DNA from: Promethearchaeota archaeon
GTDB taxonomy: Archaea > Asgardarchaeota > Lokiarchaeia > Sigyniarchaeales > SOKP01
Assembly: GCA_048938005.1 (NCBI GenBank)
Contig: JBHLMQ010000009.1
Span: 41,271-105,270, forward strand
Length of the DNA stretch: 64,000 nt
Direction of reading: 5' to 3'
Shown here: piece after piece, positions 9,727-18,940 of the stretch
Position numbering within the stretch: the first letter of the stretch is position 1
Layout of the letters: every line of letters begins with the position of its first letter
Program-made: the position numbers and the translations under genes
Notes under the pieces: model-generated
Databases searched by the model: none
The model's input: the letters and a program-made list of their open reading frames with translations, nothing else
What the model was told of the DNA's origin: nothing

Positions 9727-10053
9727 TTATGGCTTATTTGGTTTTGGACACCCATAATCATGCGCAACTTTACAATCTGGTTTGCTTTTTAAACCTGGAC
9801 AGGGTTTACATTTCACATCTCGCAGCAGTTTGACAACATCATCAACTTCCATCCCGAATTCTTCATCTTCTGTTTCATCTACTAACATATCATCTTTTAT
9901 TTTACTAAGATCATAATCTACATCTTCTTCTAAGTCATCTTTCCAATCAGATAGATCCAATATCTCATCTCCATCTTCGTCTATTTTTCCACTTGGAACG
10001 TCATATTCCTCTTTATCAATTGGGACACTCTTTTTTTTAGCCATATCTCTCAC
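9727..10053 (-). CDS. Small acidic protein with Cys-containing C-terminus
   Basis: D/E-rich core followed by CKPC...C...H...C; start may be 10044 (MAKKK). Confidence 0.65.
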   Translation of the reverse strand: MRDMAKKKSVPIDKEEYDVPSGKIDEDGDEILDLSDWKDDLEEDVDYDLSKIKDDMLVDETEDEEFGMEVDDVVKLLRDVKCKPCPGLKSKPDCKVAHDYGCPKPNKP

Positions 10054-10162
10054 TCACAATTTTAATTAAGTTTTACTTATTAATGTTTTAAATATATAAT
10101 CTTTGCTAAAATTTAATTTTAATTCGATTTTATTTATTGACTAACTAAATGAGAATTTGCCT

Positions 10163-12259
10163 CTAGAGAAATTGATTTTTTGTTATGTGATCCATTTGAC
10201 CTAATAAAGAAGTATTATTAGATAATCTATTATAGAGTTTGTTTATTTCGACTAAAATTACTTCTAATTCATTCTGCTGATATATCTCGTAATTTTCTAA
10301 ATTAAATCGAGGAGTTAAAAATTTAACTTGAATATTTAGCATTTCTATTTTCAAATCTAAAAATTCTCTTAAAATATCATAATTTAAATTAGATTTTATA
10401 TAAAAATCGTCCAGGTATAATAAGTTCACTAAAGAATTACTCAATCTATTGAAAAAATTAAGGTTTTTTATAATAATAGTGTAGAATTTATCTTTAATTT
10501 GTTGTAATTTAAGACTTTTTGTAATTTCAGGGTTAAATGAATTAAGATCGTATTTTAATTGGGAAAGCAGTTGTAAAATTTGCCCTAATTGGGATAAAAC
10601 GATAGGTAATTTTTTTGGTATTGGCAGTCTCTTTATAAAACTACCATTAAATCTTAAAAAACCACCAGCCATATGTAATGTACTAAATAGTGTCTTAAAC
10701 ACTGAATCCAATAATTTAGAATTTAGAATTGTTAAAAGGCTGAAATATTGATCAGTATTGAACGATGGTATTTTTATAAAATAAAGACCTGTTATATTGG
10801 TAAATACACCTGGATCATAATAACATGAAAGATCTTTTGCTATTTCCCTGAATATTATTTTTTCGGTATTGATATCGCTCCAAATATCCTCAAAGTTAGG
10901 ATGATAATTAAAATATGAAATCCTAACGTCTTTTCCCGCAATTTTTATTCTTTTATTAAATTTAATATGATATTTTTCTATATTACCTGTTCCAATTAAT
11001 AACAAATCATTATCAGATTGGCGTTCATCACTGATATTATCAAAATGTTTATGATAATTTAAAAAACCAAAAGGTCGATATAGAATTTTTAAATCTTTAA
11101 AGGTTTCAGTAAAGGTATTAAAGTTTCTAAATAAATATGTAATTATTTCAATATTTCCTGAGGTTGGAATTACTTTGGAGGGAAATTTATTTATTAAATC
11201 TTGATGGAATTTTAAAGTTTTAACTCCATTATTTTCGAGTAAATCGTTCAGCTTTTTGAAAATTTTGATAATTACCTCTTGTCCCTTGTCTTGCTTAGCT
11301 TTCTTTAGAAATAAAATAATAGGATATGTAGCAGCGTTTTGAAATATAGGTAATGAAGAAATATTTATGATTTCTTTAATTTCTGATTTATTTAAAATTA
11401 ATTGTCTAACTTTAATACCATAATCTGCAGATAAAAATTTGTTTGGTAAAATAAATGAGAGATGTCCATCAATTTCTAATAATTCTAAAGATCTCTCAAT
11501 AAAAAGTATTGAAAGATCGAATAATCGATAAGCTGTTTTATATCTCTTATGTAATTTTTCTTTAAATTTTATATCCTTAATCTTTTTATTTTCCACATAA
11601 GGAGGATTTCCAATTATCATATCGAATTTGTCGGAATTAAAATCTAAAAGAAAATCTATGTTGAATATATTGAATTTTAAATCTAAGTTTCCAATGATTT
11701 GGTCAAAATCTGTGAGTTTTAAACTCTTTAAATTAACATTTTGAACTATGAAGTTATTTAAGTTAGTAGATATAAGCCATTTAATTAATCTCAGCTTTGA
11801 GATAATAATAGCTGAATTTTCAATTTCAATTCCATAAAGATTATTTTGAATAATTGCTTTTTTAATATCTAAATCAGATAGTTTTGGATCTAATATTCGA
11901 TAAAAGCGGTATAATTTCTCAGCTAAAGATATTAAAAATCTCCCAGAACCACATGCAGGATCTAATATTCTGATATTTTTAATTATTTTAGTTAACAGTT
12001 CTTTAATTTTCTGATTTATAATTAATGAGGTAAATAATTCCTCTAAATCAGAATCGCCTTGAACTAAATTATGCGAATTAATAAATTTTTCAAAGTAAAT
12101 TCTGAAACTATTAGATACAATATAATCTACAACTTTTTTTGGTGTATAAATTATCCCGAGATTACGATTATCATCTTTTTCTAATAACTTTTCATTTTCA
12201 AATCCATCAATAGTTTTCTCGATACAAGTTAAAAACTCTTGACTTAACGATTTTTTCAT
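10163..12259 (-). CDS. N6-adenine DNA methyltransferase (Eco57I/TaqI-like, gamma class) with C-terminal specificity region
   Basis: YTP, ILDPACGSGRF (motif I), LYGIEI, IGNPPY (motif IV); no obvious PD-(D/E)xK nuclease domain. Confidence 0.85.
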   Translation of the reverse strand: MKKSLSQEFLTCIEKTIDGFENEKLLEKDDNRNLGIIYTPKKVVDYIVSNSFRIYFEKFINSHNLVQGDSDLEELFTSLIINQKIKELLTKIIKNIRILDPACGSGRFLISLAEKLYRFYRILDPKLSDLDIKKAIIQNNLYGIEIENSAIIISKLRLIKWLISTNLNNFIVQNVNLKSLKLTDFDQIIGNLDLKFNIFNIDFLLDFNSDKFDMIIGNPPYVENKKIKDIKFKEKLHKRYKTAYRLFDLSILFIERSLELLEIDGHLSFILPNKFLSADYGIKVRQLILNKSEIKEIINISSLPIFQNAATYPIILFLKKAKQDKGQEVIIKIFKKLNDLLENNGVKTLKFHQDLINKFPSKVIPTSGNIEIITYLFRNFNTFTETFKDLKILYRPFGFLNYHKHFDNISDERQSDNDLLLIGTGNIEKYHIKFNKRIKIAGKDVRISYFNYHPNFEDIWSDINTEKIIFREIAKDLSCYYDPGVFTNITGLYFIKIPSFNTDQYFSLLTILNSKLLDSVFKTLFSTLHMAGGFLRFNGSFIKRLPIPKKLPIVLSQLGQILQLLSQLKYDLNSFNPEITKSLKLQQIKDKFYTIIIKNLNFFNRLSNSLVNLLYLDDFYIKSNLNYDILREFLDLKIEMLNIQVKFLTPRFNLENYEIYQQNELEVILVEINKLYNRLSNNTSLLGQMDHITKNQFL

Positions 12260-12369
12260 TGAAATTGAGCTATTTATAGTAAATTTCTTTATTTATAAAA
12301 ATATTAGAAACTATAATAAAAATAATAGAATAATTATAAAAAAATTAGAACCTTACATTTAGATCGATA

Positions 12370-13275
12370 TTGAATCCGATTAATAATTCTCTTTTAAATG
12401 ATCTAATAAATAAGCCACAAATAATAGCTAAATTAAATTTTGAGGGTATATCTAAAATTTTAGAGAGAGTTATAGATATTTTAAAAGAGGAGAATTTATT
12501 TTTAGAATTCAATGTAAATGAACAAACCGAAGAAGTTTATATAATAGGAGATATCCACGGAAATTTAGAGACTTTATTGAAACTAATCGACATTATAAAT
12601 AAGAATAACCCGAGCTTAGTTATTTTTTTAGGAGATATTGTAGATCGGGGACCAAAACAATTGGAATGTTTATTGATAGTTCTGGCTCTAAAAATTCTTT
12701 TCCCTTTAAAATATTACATTTTAAGAGGAAATCATGAAACCTTAGAAATGAATCAATATTATGGCTTTTTTCAGGATTTTATTTTAAGATTCAAGGATCA
12801 AAGTAAATTCAACAAAATCCTAAGCATTTATAACGTACTCCCTCTATGTGCTTCAATTAATAAAACAATTTTATGTTTACATGGAGGGATTCCGCAAGAT
12901 ATTGACATTTTGAAGAAATTAAAGGGAAAAAAAAGTAAGGATCTTAGTATGATATTTCAATCCATCTCACAAAGTATTTATCAAATTATGTGGAATGATC
13001 CTAAATCGGGATTGAAAGGTTTTTCAGACAGTTTTAGAGGCCCAGGAATTAAATTTTTTGGAAACGATGTTTTTGGGAGATTTATGGAAGCAAATAGTCT
13101 TAAATATTTAATAAGAGCACATGAATGTTTTCCTGAAGGATATAGGTGGTTCTTTAATAAAAAACTACTTTCAATTTTTTCATCTGCCAATTATAGAGGA
13201 TATTTCTCCCCAAATCCGGCATCGTATGTTATTATTAAAAATAATGAAGTTATACCAAAACTTATAAAAATTTAG
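12370..13275 (+). CDS. PPP-family Ser/Thr protein phosphatase
   Basis: GDIHG, GDIVDRG, RGNHE, HGG, WNDP, IRAHE, FSSANY. Confidence 0.95.
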   Translation: MNPINNSLLNDLINKPQIIAKLNFEGISKILERVIDILKEENLFLEFNVNEQTEEVYIIGDIHGNLETLLKLIDIINKNNPSLVIFLGDIVDRGPKQLECLLIVLALKILFPLKYYILRGNHETLEMNQYYGFFQDFILRFKDQSKFNKILSIYNVLPLCASINKTILCLHGGIPQDIDILKKLKGKKSKDLSMIFQSISQSIYQIMWNDPKSGLKGFSDSFRGPGIKFFGNDVFGRFMEANSLKYLIRAHECFPEGYRWFFNKKLLSIFSSANYRGYFSPNPASYVIIKNNEVIPKLIKI

Positions 13276-13341
13276 AATTTCAACAAGGTATCGATTTTTT
13301 AATTTAAGGAATTCTGATTTTAATTTTAAAAACTTCTGAAC

Positions 13342-13605
13342 TCATGTAATTTGAGAAGCATCTGGTTTGATAAACAGAAGATTATTTCCCCGAATGAAAA
13401 TTTCGTTATATTTAGCTACAGGGGTGCCTTCTAAAAGTTCGGTAGCATCCTCTAATATCATGTTCATGTAAGCATCTATTTCCTTTAACAGTCCTTTATA
13501 TTCAGTTCCATCTTTTAATCTAAGCAAAATTACGCTGTTTTGCGCAGCTTGCAGGATAGATAAAGGATTCTTAGACCTCTGCTGACTGTTATTTCTATCA
13601 GACAT
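13342..13605 (-). CDS. Sm/Lsm RNA-binding protein
   Basis: Sm1 LKDGTEYKGLL...DAYMNMIL and Sm2 IFIRGNN. Confidence 0.95.
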   Translation of the reverse strand: MSDRNNSQQRSKNPLSILQAAQNSVILLRLKDGTEYKGLLKEIDAYMNMILEDATELLEGTPVAKYNEIFIRGNNLLFIKPDASQIT

Positions 13606-13720
13606 TTAAATACCTTTATAAAATAAATTTTAATATCATTTAATGAAAAGATAATTTAAAGATAGATTTTTTTGAATTAAAACCTTTTTAATTCGATATT
13701 AAAAACAATACGAATAAGTT

Positions 13721-14332
13721 TTGGTTTTATTCTTGGAAGAACGCTTTAATAATTCAAATAAAAAGAAAAGAATAATTAATGAATACAATTCATCAGCCCA
13801 TTTTTATGATAGAAGATATGAGCAGATTCAATTAGAGAAATACAATTTAATTTTGAATAACCTTTATTTAAATGGAAAAGTAATTCTAGATATTGGTTGT
13901 GGTACAGGATTATTTTTTGAATATATTTTCAATTTAAAAAAAGAAGAAGATAAAGTTAAATATAAATACGTAGCAATCGATATCTCCTGGAATATGTTGT
14001 TAGAATTTCAATCAAAAAAATTAAATTACAAACCAAAAAATAATATAGAGTTAATATTAGGTGATATAGAAAATCTACCTTTTAGAAAGAATGTATTTCA
14101 TTCAATTTTTTCACTTACTTCTTTTCAGAATTTACCAAATATCAATAGAGGGATAGAAGAGTCTTATAGAGTTTGTATTAATTATGGGGATTTTAAATTT
14201 TCAATTCTACGGAAGAATTTGAATCTAGATGCATTATTGAATTTGTTAAAGCCATTATCTAGGGAGATCAAAACAATAGATAAAGACATTTTAGAAGATA
14301 TTATAATTCTAGGGAAATTTTTCAAAAAATAA
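13721..14332 (+). CDS. Class I SAM-dependent methyltransferase
   Basis: ILDIGCGTG, IDIS..ML, GDIENLPF. Confidence 0.9.
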   Translation: MVLFLEERFNNSNKKKRIINEYNSSAHFYDRRYEQIQLEKYNLILNNLYLNGKVILDIGCGTGLFFEYIFNLKKEEDKVKYKYVAIDISWNMLLEFQSKKLNYKPKNNIELILGDIENLPFRKNVFHSIFSLTSFQNLPNINRGIEESYRVCINYGDFKFSILRKNLNLDALLNLLKPLSREIKTIDKDILEDIIILGKFFKK

Positions 14333-14343
14333 TTTAAAATATT

Positions 14344-15222
14344 TTATTTTTTATAAAAAGAACTTATAATTTCAGCTGCATTGCTTTCAATTCCAAATTT
14401 CTTTCGAAAATAATTACAGATATTTGTAATATCTCTTTCTAAAAGTGAATTAGCATTTGGATGATCAATTGGGACCCATTGCAGCCAATCAATTATTAAA
14501 ATGTTTCCCTTTTCATCTAAAACAATATTAAATTCCCCTAAATCTCCGTGTATCATACTCGCTTCTTGATAGATTATTTTCAGTTGTTTAATAATTCTAT
14601 TAAAAATTTTCATGGGCTTTTTAATACTTTTATAATAAACCAATTCTTTCCCTCTCAGGTATGACATTATAATGATGTGTCTGTTGTATCCTATGGGATT
14701 TGGAGTGTTTAAATTGAGTTTATATATTTTCTCAAGAGCTTCATATTCCTTTCTAGCAGCAAGTCTATTTACATAAAGCCAAGAAAGATGCCCTCTTTCT
14801 CCTATAAGATCTCGAAATTTTTTTATATTCTTAAAGCTAGTTCTCCCCATTCGGTAGAATTTAGCAGCGTGAATGTTTCCTTCATCATCCATGCAGCTAT
14901 ATACGTCTGATTCTTTCCCTTTTCCTATTAGAGGTCCTAATTGACTGATTATGTTTTTTTCAACTAGAGTATGAAGTGCAAGAAGATCATAAGCTTTAGA
15001 ATTAAGGGTGTATGCAATTTCATATTTAGATGCGTCTCTAATTATTAAATCAAGTTTGTGAACTTTTTTTAGCCGAAAAAGAGTTTCTTCCATCTTATAT
15101 CTTGAATAAAACTTAATATTACTCACTGTGACATATTCTGATCTCTTCATACCAATTTCAATTGCCATAAGTATCCTAAGATCTTCCTTATCCAATCTAG
15201 TGAGTAAGTTTGCTACTTCCAC
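14344..15222 (-). CDS. rio2: RIO2 atypical Ser/Thr kinase
   Basis: N-terminal winged helix (DLRILMAIEIGMK), GKGKESDVY, GRTSF, HGDLGEFN, IDW.Q. Confidence 0.92.
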   Translation of the reverse strand: MEVANLLTRLDKEDLRILMAIEIGMKRSEYVTVSNIKFYSRYKMEETLFRLKKVHKLDLIIRDASKYEIAYTLNSKAYDLLALHTLVEKNIISQLGPLIGKGKESDVYSCMDDEGNIHAAKFYRMGRTSFKNIKKFRDLIGERGHLSWLYVNRLAARKEYEALEKIYKLNLNTPNPIGYNRHIIIMSYLRGKELVYYKSIKKPMKIFNRIIKQLKIIYQEASMIHGDLGEFNIVLDEKGNILIIDWLQWVPIDHPNANSLLERDITNICNYFRKKFGIESNAAEIISSFYKK

Positions 15223-15233
15223 ATTTTTTTCAG

Positions 15234-16016
15234 CTAAAAAAGGAATTTTCTATAGGTTTTGAAAAATGATATTAGTTTATATATATTTGGTATTTCAAAA
15301 ATCAGAATTGCAGCTAAAATTAAAACCAAGAAGATGAATATATCTTTCTGTAATATCAAATAGTTAGTTAAAGTCCAACCTTCTTGAAATAAAAATAAAA
15401 AAGTACCTTGGTTTAAATATAATAATATTCCTATTGAGATAATTAATCCATTTAGGGAAAATATTATAACTTGATGTTCATTCTCAATTATTCCAATTAT
15501 TATATTTATGGAAAATAAAATTAATGTAATTATAGTGAATATTTTGGAATTCTTAATCCAGGTATCGTACATTATATTATTTATTTGATAGTTTCCATTA
15601 GATACCGACCAAGCTAAAGATGTGCTTAAATTTAAAAATGATAAAATTGGTAAAATTACAGTAGCAATTATAGAAATACTGTAAATCCTTATAGTTGTAA
15701 ATCTACTGAATTTTAAGACTTTATTATTTCCCAATTTTATGGATTCTAATAAAGATTCAAGTTTATTTTGAATCTCTATTGGGAAATTTTCTTTAGCCAT
15801 GAAAAACTGGATGTTTAACTCAGGAAAGCTAGAAATTAGCTCTTTTACTTGGCTATAACCTTTCCTGAATTTTGCTTTTTTACTTTTCGGACCACTCCAA
15901 AGATAAATGATTTCTTTTTCTTCATCCAAAATTGCACAAATGTCATGTGATAATAGACGATGCTCTTCTTCGATCCAATGAGATTTAGACTCATCAAATA
16001 TGAAAATTCTTAGCAT
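15234..16016 (-). CDS. Gelsolin/villin-like domain fused to a ~4-TM membrane domain
   Basis: LLSHDICAILDEEKEIIYLWSGPKS matches the gelsolin core LxSxDxFILDxxxxIYxWxGxxS; the C-terminal ~150 aa has four long hydrophobic runs. Confidence 0.65.
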   Translation of the reverse strand: MLRIFIFDESKSHWIEEEHRLLSHDICAILDEEKEIIYLWSGPKSKKAKFRKGYSQVKELISSFPELNIQFFMAKENFPIEIQNKLESLLESIKLGNNKVLKFSRFTTIRIYSISIIATVILPILSFLNLSTSLAWSVSNGNYQINNIMYDTWIKNSKIFTIITLILFSINIIIGIIENEHQVIIFSLNGLIISIGILLYLNQGTFLFLFQEGWTLTNYLILQKDIFIFLVLILAAILIFEIPNIYKLISFFKTYRKFLF

Positions 16017-16133
16017 TTAATATCTACTTATCTTAACTAAAATTAGCTTTTATTTTTTTCTATAACTCAATAGGGAATAACTAAATAATAATTTATTAAG
16101 TCGTTTTATGGAAAAACAATTTTAGATGTAGAT

Positions 16134-17036
16134 TTAATCTTGACTTTTTATTCTTCTTTTTATTTCTGCCCACATATCATCAATATAGGATTTATACACT
16201 TCAATTTCTTGTTGGGTCATTTGACTAAATCTTTTTTGAGCTTTAAGATATTCTTCAATAGGTTTACGCTTTGAGGGGTCCAAATATCTACTACTAGGTT
16301 TCGATAATTTTAATATTCCATTTTCAACTTCATATAAAATCCAGAAGCCAGTTTGTACAGCTAAGCGACCAATTAATATCGTATCTTTAGGTTCATATCC
16401 CCATCCCGGCGGACAAGGAGATAATATGTGAAAGTATTTCGATCCATGAATAGTTCTTGCTTTTTTAAATTTATCGTACAAATCTAAAGGATAAGAGGCA
16501 ATAGCTGTCGCGACATAAGGAATTCCATGAGCCTCTAAAATTTTTGGCATATTTTTTTTATGACCTAGTTTACCTTCAGGAGTCGTTGTTGTTTTAACTC
16601 CTAATGGTGTTGAACCACTGCGTTGAACGCCTGTATTCATATATGCCTCATTGTCATAGCAAGCATAGATAAAATTCGTTCCTCTTTCAGCAGCTCCACT
16701 TAAGGCTTGAATTCCTATATCTGTCGTACCACCATCTCCTGCAAAGGCAAGAACAGTAATTTCATTCTCTAAACCTTTATCTTCTAATGATGCCAGAATA
16801 CCAGATGCGGAGGCGCCTGTTGTCGCAAAAGGTGTATGGTAAACACTTATTTTTGTCGAGCAAAATCCCTGCATACCATGTAAAACTGTTAAACAAGATG
16901 CTGGCACTGTTATTAATGTTTTAGCTCCTAAAGCTTTTAAAGCAATTCTATAAATCAATGCCATACCACATCCCGCACACGCACGAGTGCCTGGATAAAT
17001 AAATTCCTCTTCAGGAAGATCCATAACATTTACCAT
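16134..17036 (-). CDS. porB: Pyruvate/2-oxoacid:ferredoxin oxidoreductase beta subunit
   Basis: ACAGCG, TPP motif GDGG...DNEAYMNTG, SPCPPGW. Confidence 0.92.
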   Translation of the reverse strand: MVNVMDLPEEEFIYPGTRACAGCGMALIYRIALKALGAKTLITVPASCLTVLHGMQGFCSTKISVYHTPFATTGASASGILASLEDKGLENEITVLAFAGDGGTTDIGIQALSGAAERGTNFIYACYDNEAYMNTGVQRSGSTPLGVKTTTTPEGKLGHKKNMPKILEAHGIPYVATAIASYPLDLYDKFKKARTIHGSKYFHILSPCPPGWGYEPKDTILIGRLAVQTGFWILYEVENGILKLSKPSSRYLDPSKRKPIEEYLKAQKRFSQMTQQEIEVYKSYIDDMWAEIKRRIKSQD

Positions 17037-17042
17037 TATTTC

Positions 17043-18335
17043 TCACCCTCTTTTAAAATAAGTAGATTCATCATAATCACTCAATTCATCTAATCTTAAA
17101 CCTAAAAATTCTGTTTTATTAGTTAATATTCCTTGTTTAAACTCATCTAAAGCCCTATGAACACCAGTAATGATATGTTCGGTTTTAACATCTCTACCAC
17201 CTAATCCTACAATAAAACCCTTAATATTCGGTCTATTTTTTAAACTATAAAGCGCAGCTTTTAATTCATAAGATAAAACGCCTTCATATCCATATCCAAT
17301 ATCTCGATCAAATACTATAATATTTTCTTTATCTTTGAAAAATTCCCTCAATTCTTTATACGGATATGGTCTAAATAATTTAAGGCTTACAATTCCTATT
17401 TTTAAACCTTCTGATCTTAGTTTTTTAATCGCAACTCTGGCTTGAGAAGAAACTGAACCCATCGCAAAAATGATTGTGTCAGCATCCTCAGTTTGGACTG
17501 TTTTATATATTCCATCTCCATAAGATCTTCCAAATTTTCTGGCAAATTCATCATGAACTCCTTTAATTATTTCAATTGAATTTTCTAACGATTTTTGAAG
17601 TGCGTATCTATATTCATAATAACCCGGAGCTATTCCTTCTGCTCGTTTAACAATGTGAGGGGTGGTTACTGGATCTATTCCTTTTACTTGTGAAATGTCG
17701 GATAAATTAATATGGTGATTAAGAGGTGGTAAAAATTCATCAATTTTATCTTGGTTTTCTAATTTAACTGGCATCATAGTATGACTTAATATATATCCAT
17801 CATACGCAACTATTGCAGGAAGAAATACACGAGGATCTTCTGCTATTTTAAATGCTTGAAGATTTGTGTCATAGATTTCTTGATTATTTTCACACATAAA
17901 CTGAATCCAACCAACATCTCTTATTGTAATGAAATCAGAATGATCAGTCCAGACTGACCAAGGTGCTCCAAGTGATCGAGTTGCAAGATTGATTATTATA
18001 GGTAATCTATTTCCTGCTGCCCATGGTAGCATTTCATACATCAATTCTAAACCATGAGCAGATGTTGCAGTGCCCACTCTTGATCCGGTCGCAGAAGCAG
18101 CACAACATACAGCTAAAGCTGAATGTTCAGATTCGACTTTAACAAACCTAGCTTTTAACTTTCCTTCTGCTATAAATTCTGCGATTTTTTCTACTACAGG
18201 ACTTTGAGGTGTTATTGGATAAGCGGAAATGACACCCACCTTTGCCTGTCTAAAAGCATGTGCAGCTGCATGATTTCCTGTTAGAATCATTATATTTTTG
18301 TCAATACTTGATTTTTTTTCTTGAATCACAGTCAT
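17043..18335 (-). CDS. porA: Pyruvate/2-oxoacid:ferredoxin oxidoreductase alpha subunit
   Basis: AYPITPQ, VESEHSA, ATSAHGL, GLGGRD. Confidence 0.92.
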   Translation of the reverse strand: MTVIQEKKSSIDKNIMILTGNHAAAHAFRQAKVGVISAYPITPQSPVVEKIAEFIAEGKLKARFVKVESEHSALAVCCAASATGSRVGTATSAHGLELMYEMLPWAAGNRLPIIINLATRSLGAPWSVWTDHSDFITIRDVGWIQFMCENNQEIYDTNLQAFKIAEDPRVFLPAIVAYDGYILSHTMMPVKLENQDKIDEFLPPLNHHINLSDISQVKGIDPVTTPHIVKRAEGIAPGYYEYRYALQKSLENSIEIIKGVHDEFARKFGRSYGDGIYKTVQTEDADTIIFAMGSVSSQARVAIKKLRSEGLKIGIVSLKLFRPYPYKELREFFKDKENIIVFDRDIGYGYEGVLSYELKAALYSLKNRPNIKGFIVGLGGRDVKTEHIITGVHRALDEFKQGILTNKTEFLGLRLDELSDYDESTYFKRG

Positions 18336-18631
18336 TCAAATTTCACCTCTTCCATTGTTATAGCTTTTACTGGACATTCTTCCATACAAATTCCACATCC
18401 CTTACAATGTTTTAAATCGATTTGAGGTGGAATGGTTCTCGAAATTACTGCTTCGGGGCAATATAACCAACAATTAAAGCAACTGGGTTTTCCAGATTTA
18501 ACGGGGATACATTTATTTAAATTAATTATTGGTTTTTTTGAACTCCAAGTTCCAGTTTCACCTGCTTCTCCGATTACTGGTTTTTGAACGGAACCTAAAA
18601 TTTTTTGATAATCTTTTTTTGAATCAGTCAT
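18332..18631 (-). CDS. porD: 2-oxoacid:ferredoxin oxidoreductase delta subunit (2x[4Fe-4S])
   Basis: TGTW...P, C...CFNCWLYCP, CKGCGICMEECP; overlaps the porA start by 4 nt. Confidence 0.9.
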   Translation of the reverse strand: MTDSKKDYQKILGSVQKPVIGEAGETGTWSSKKPIINLNKCIPVKSGKPSCFNCWLYCPEAVISRTIPPQIDLKHCKGCGICMEECPVKAITMEEVKFE

Positions 18632-18940
18632 TTATACATCAAAAATAGTAATAAATTAGATTCTGTATAAAATCAAACGTAGATAAATTTTTAATTCTTA
18701 CCATTTATAAAAATAATCGTTTAAGGTAAAATTCAACTATTTCATCAATAGTACGTTAATAATATTCAATACTTTAGGATTACTTACCTTAAGATAATAT
18801 TTATGTTTAAATAAAAAATAAATACTTAATATTTCATTAAACCCATAATAAAAATTTTCGAATTTTGGAAGTCTTCGTATATCTTCCGATTTTATGGATT
18901 TTTTTGAAAATTATTATAATATCGCAGGTTAAGGGAAAAA

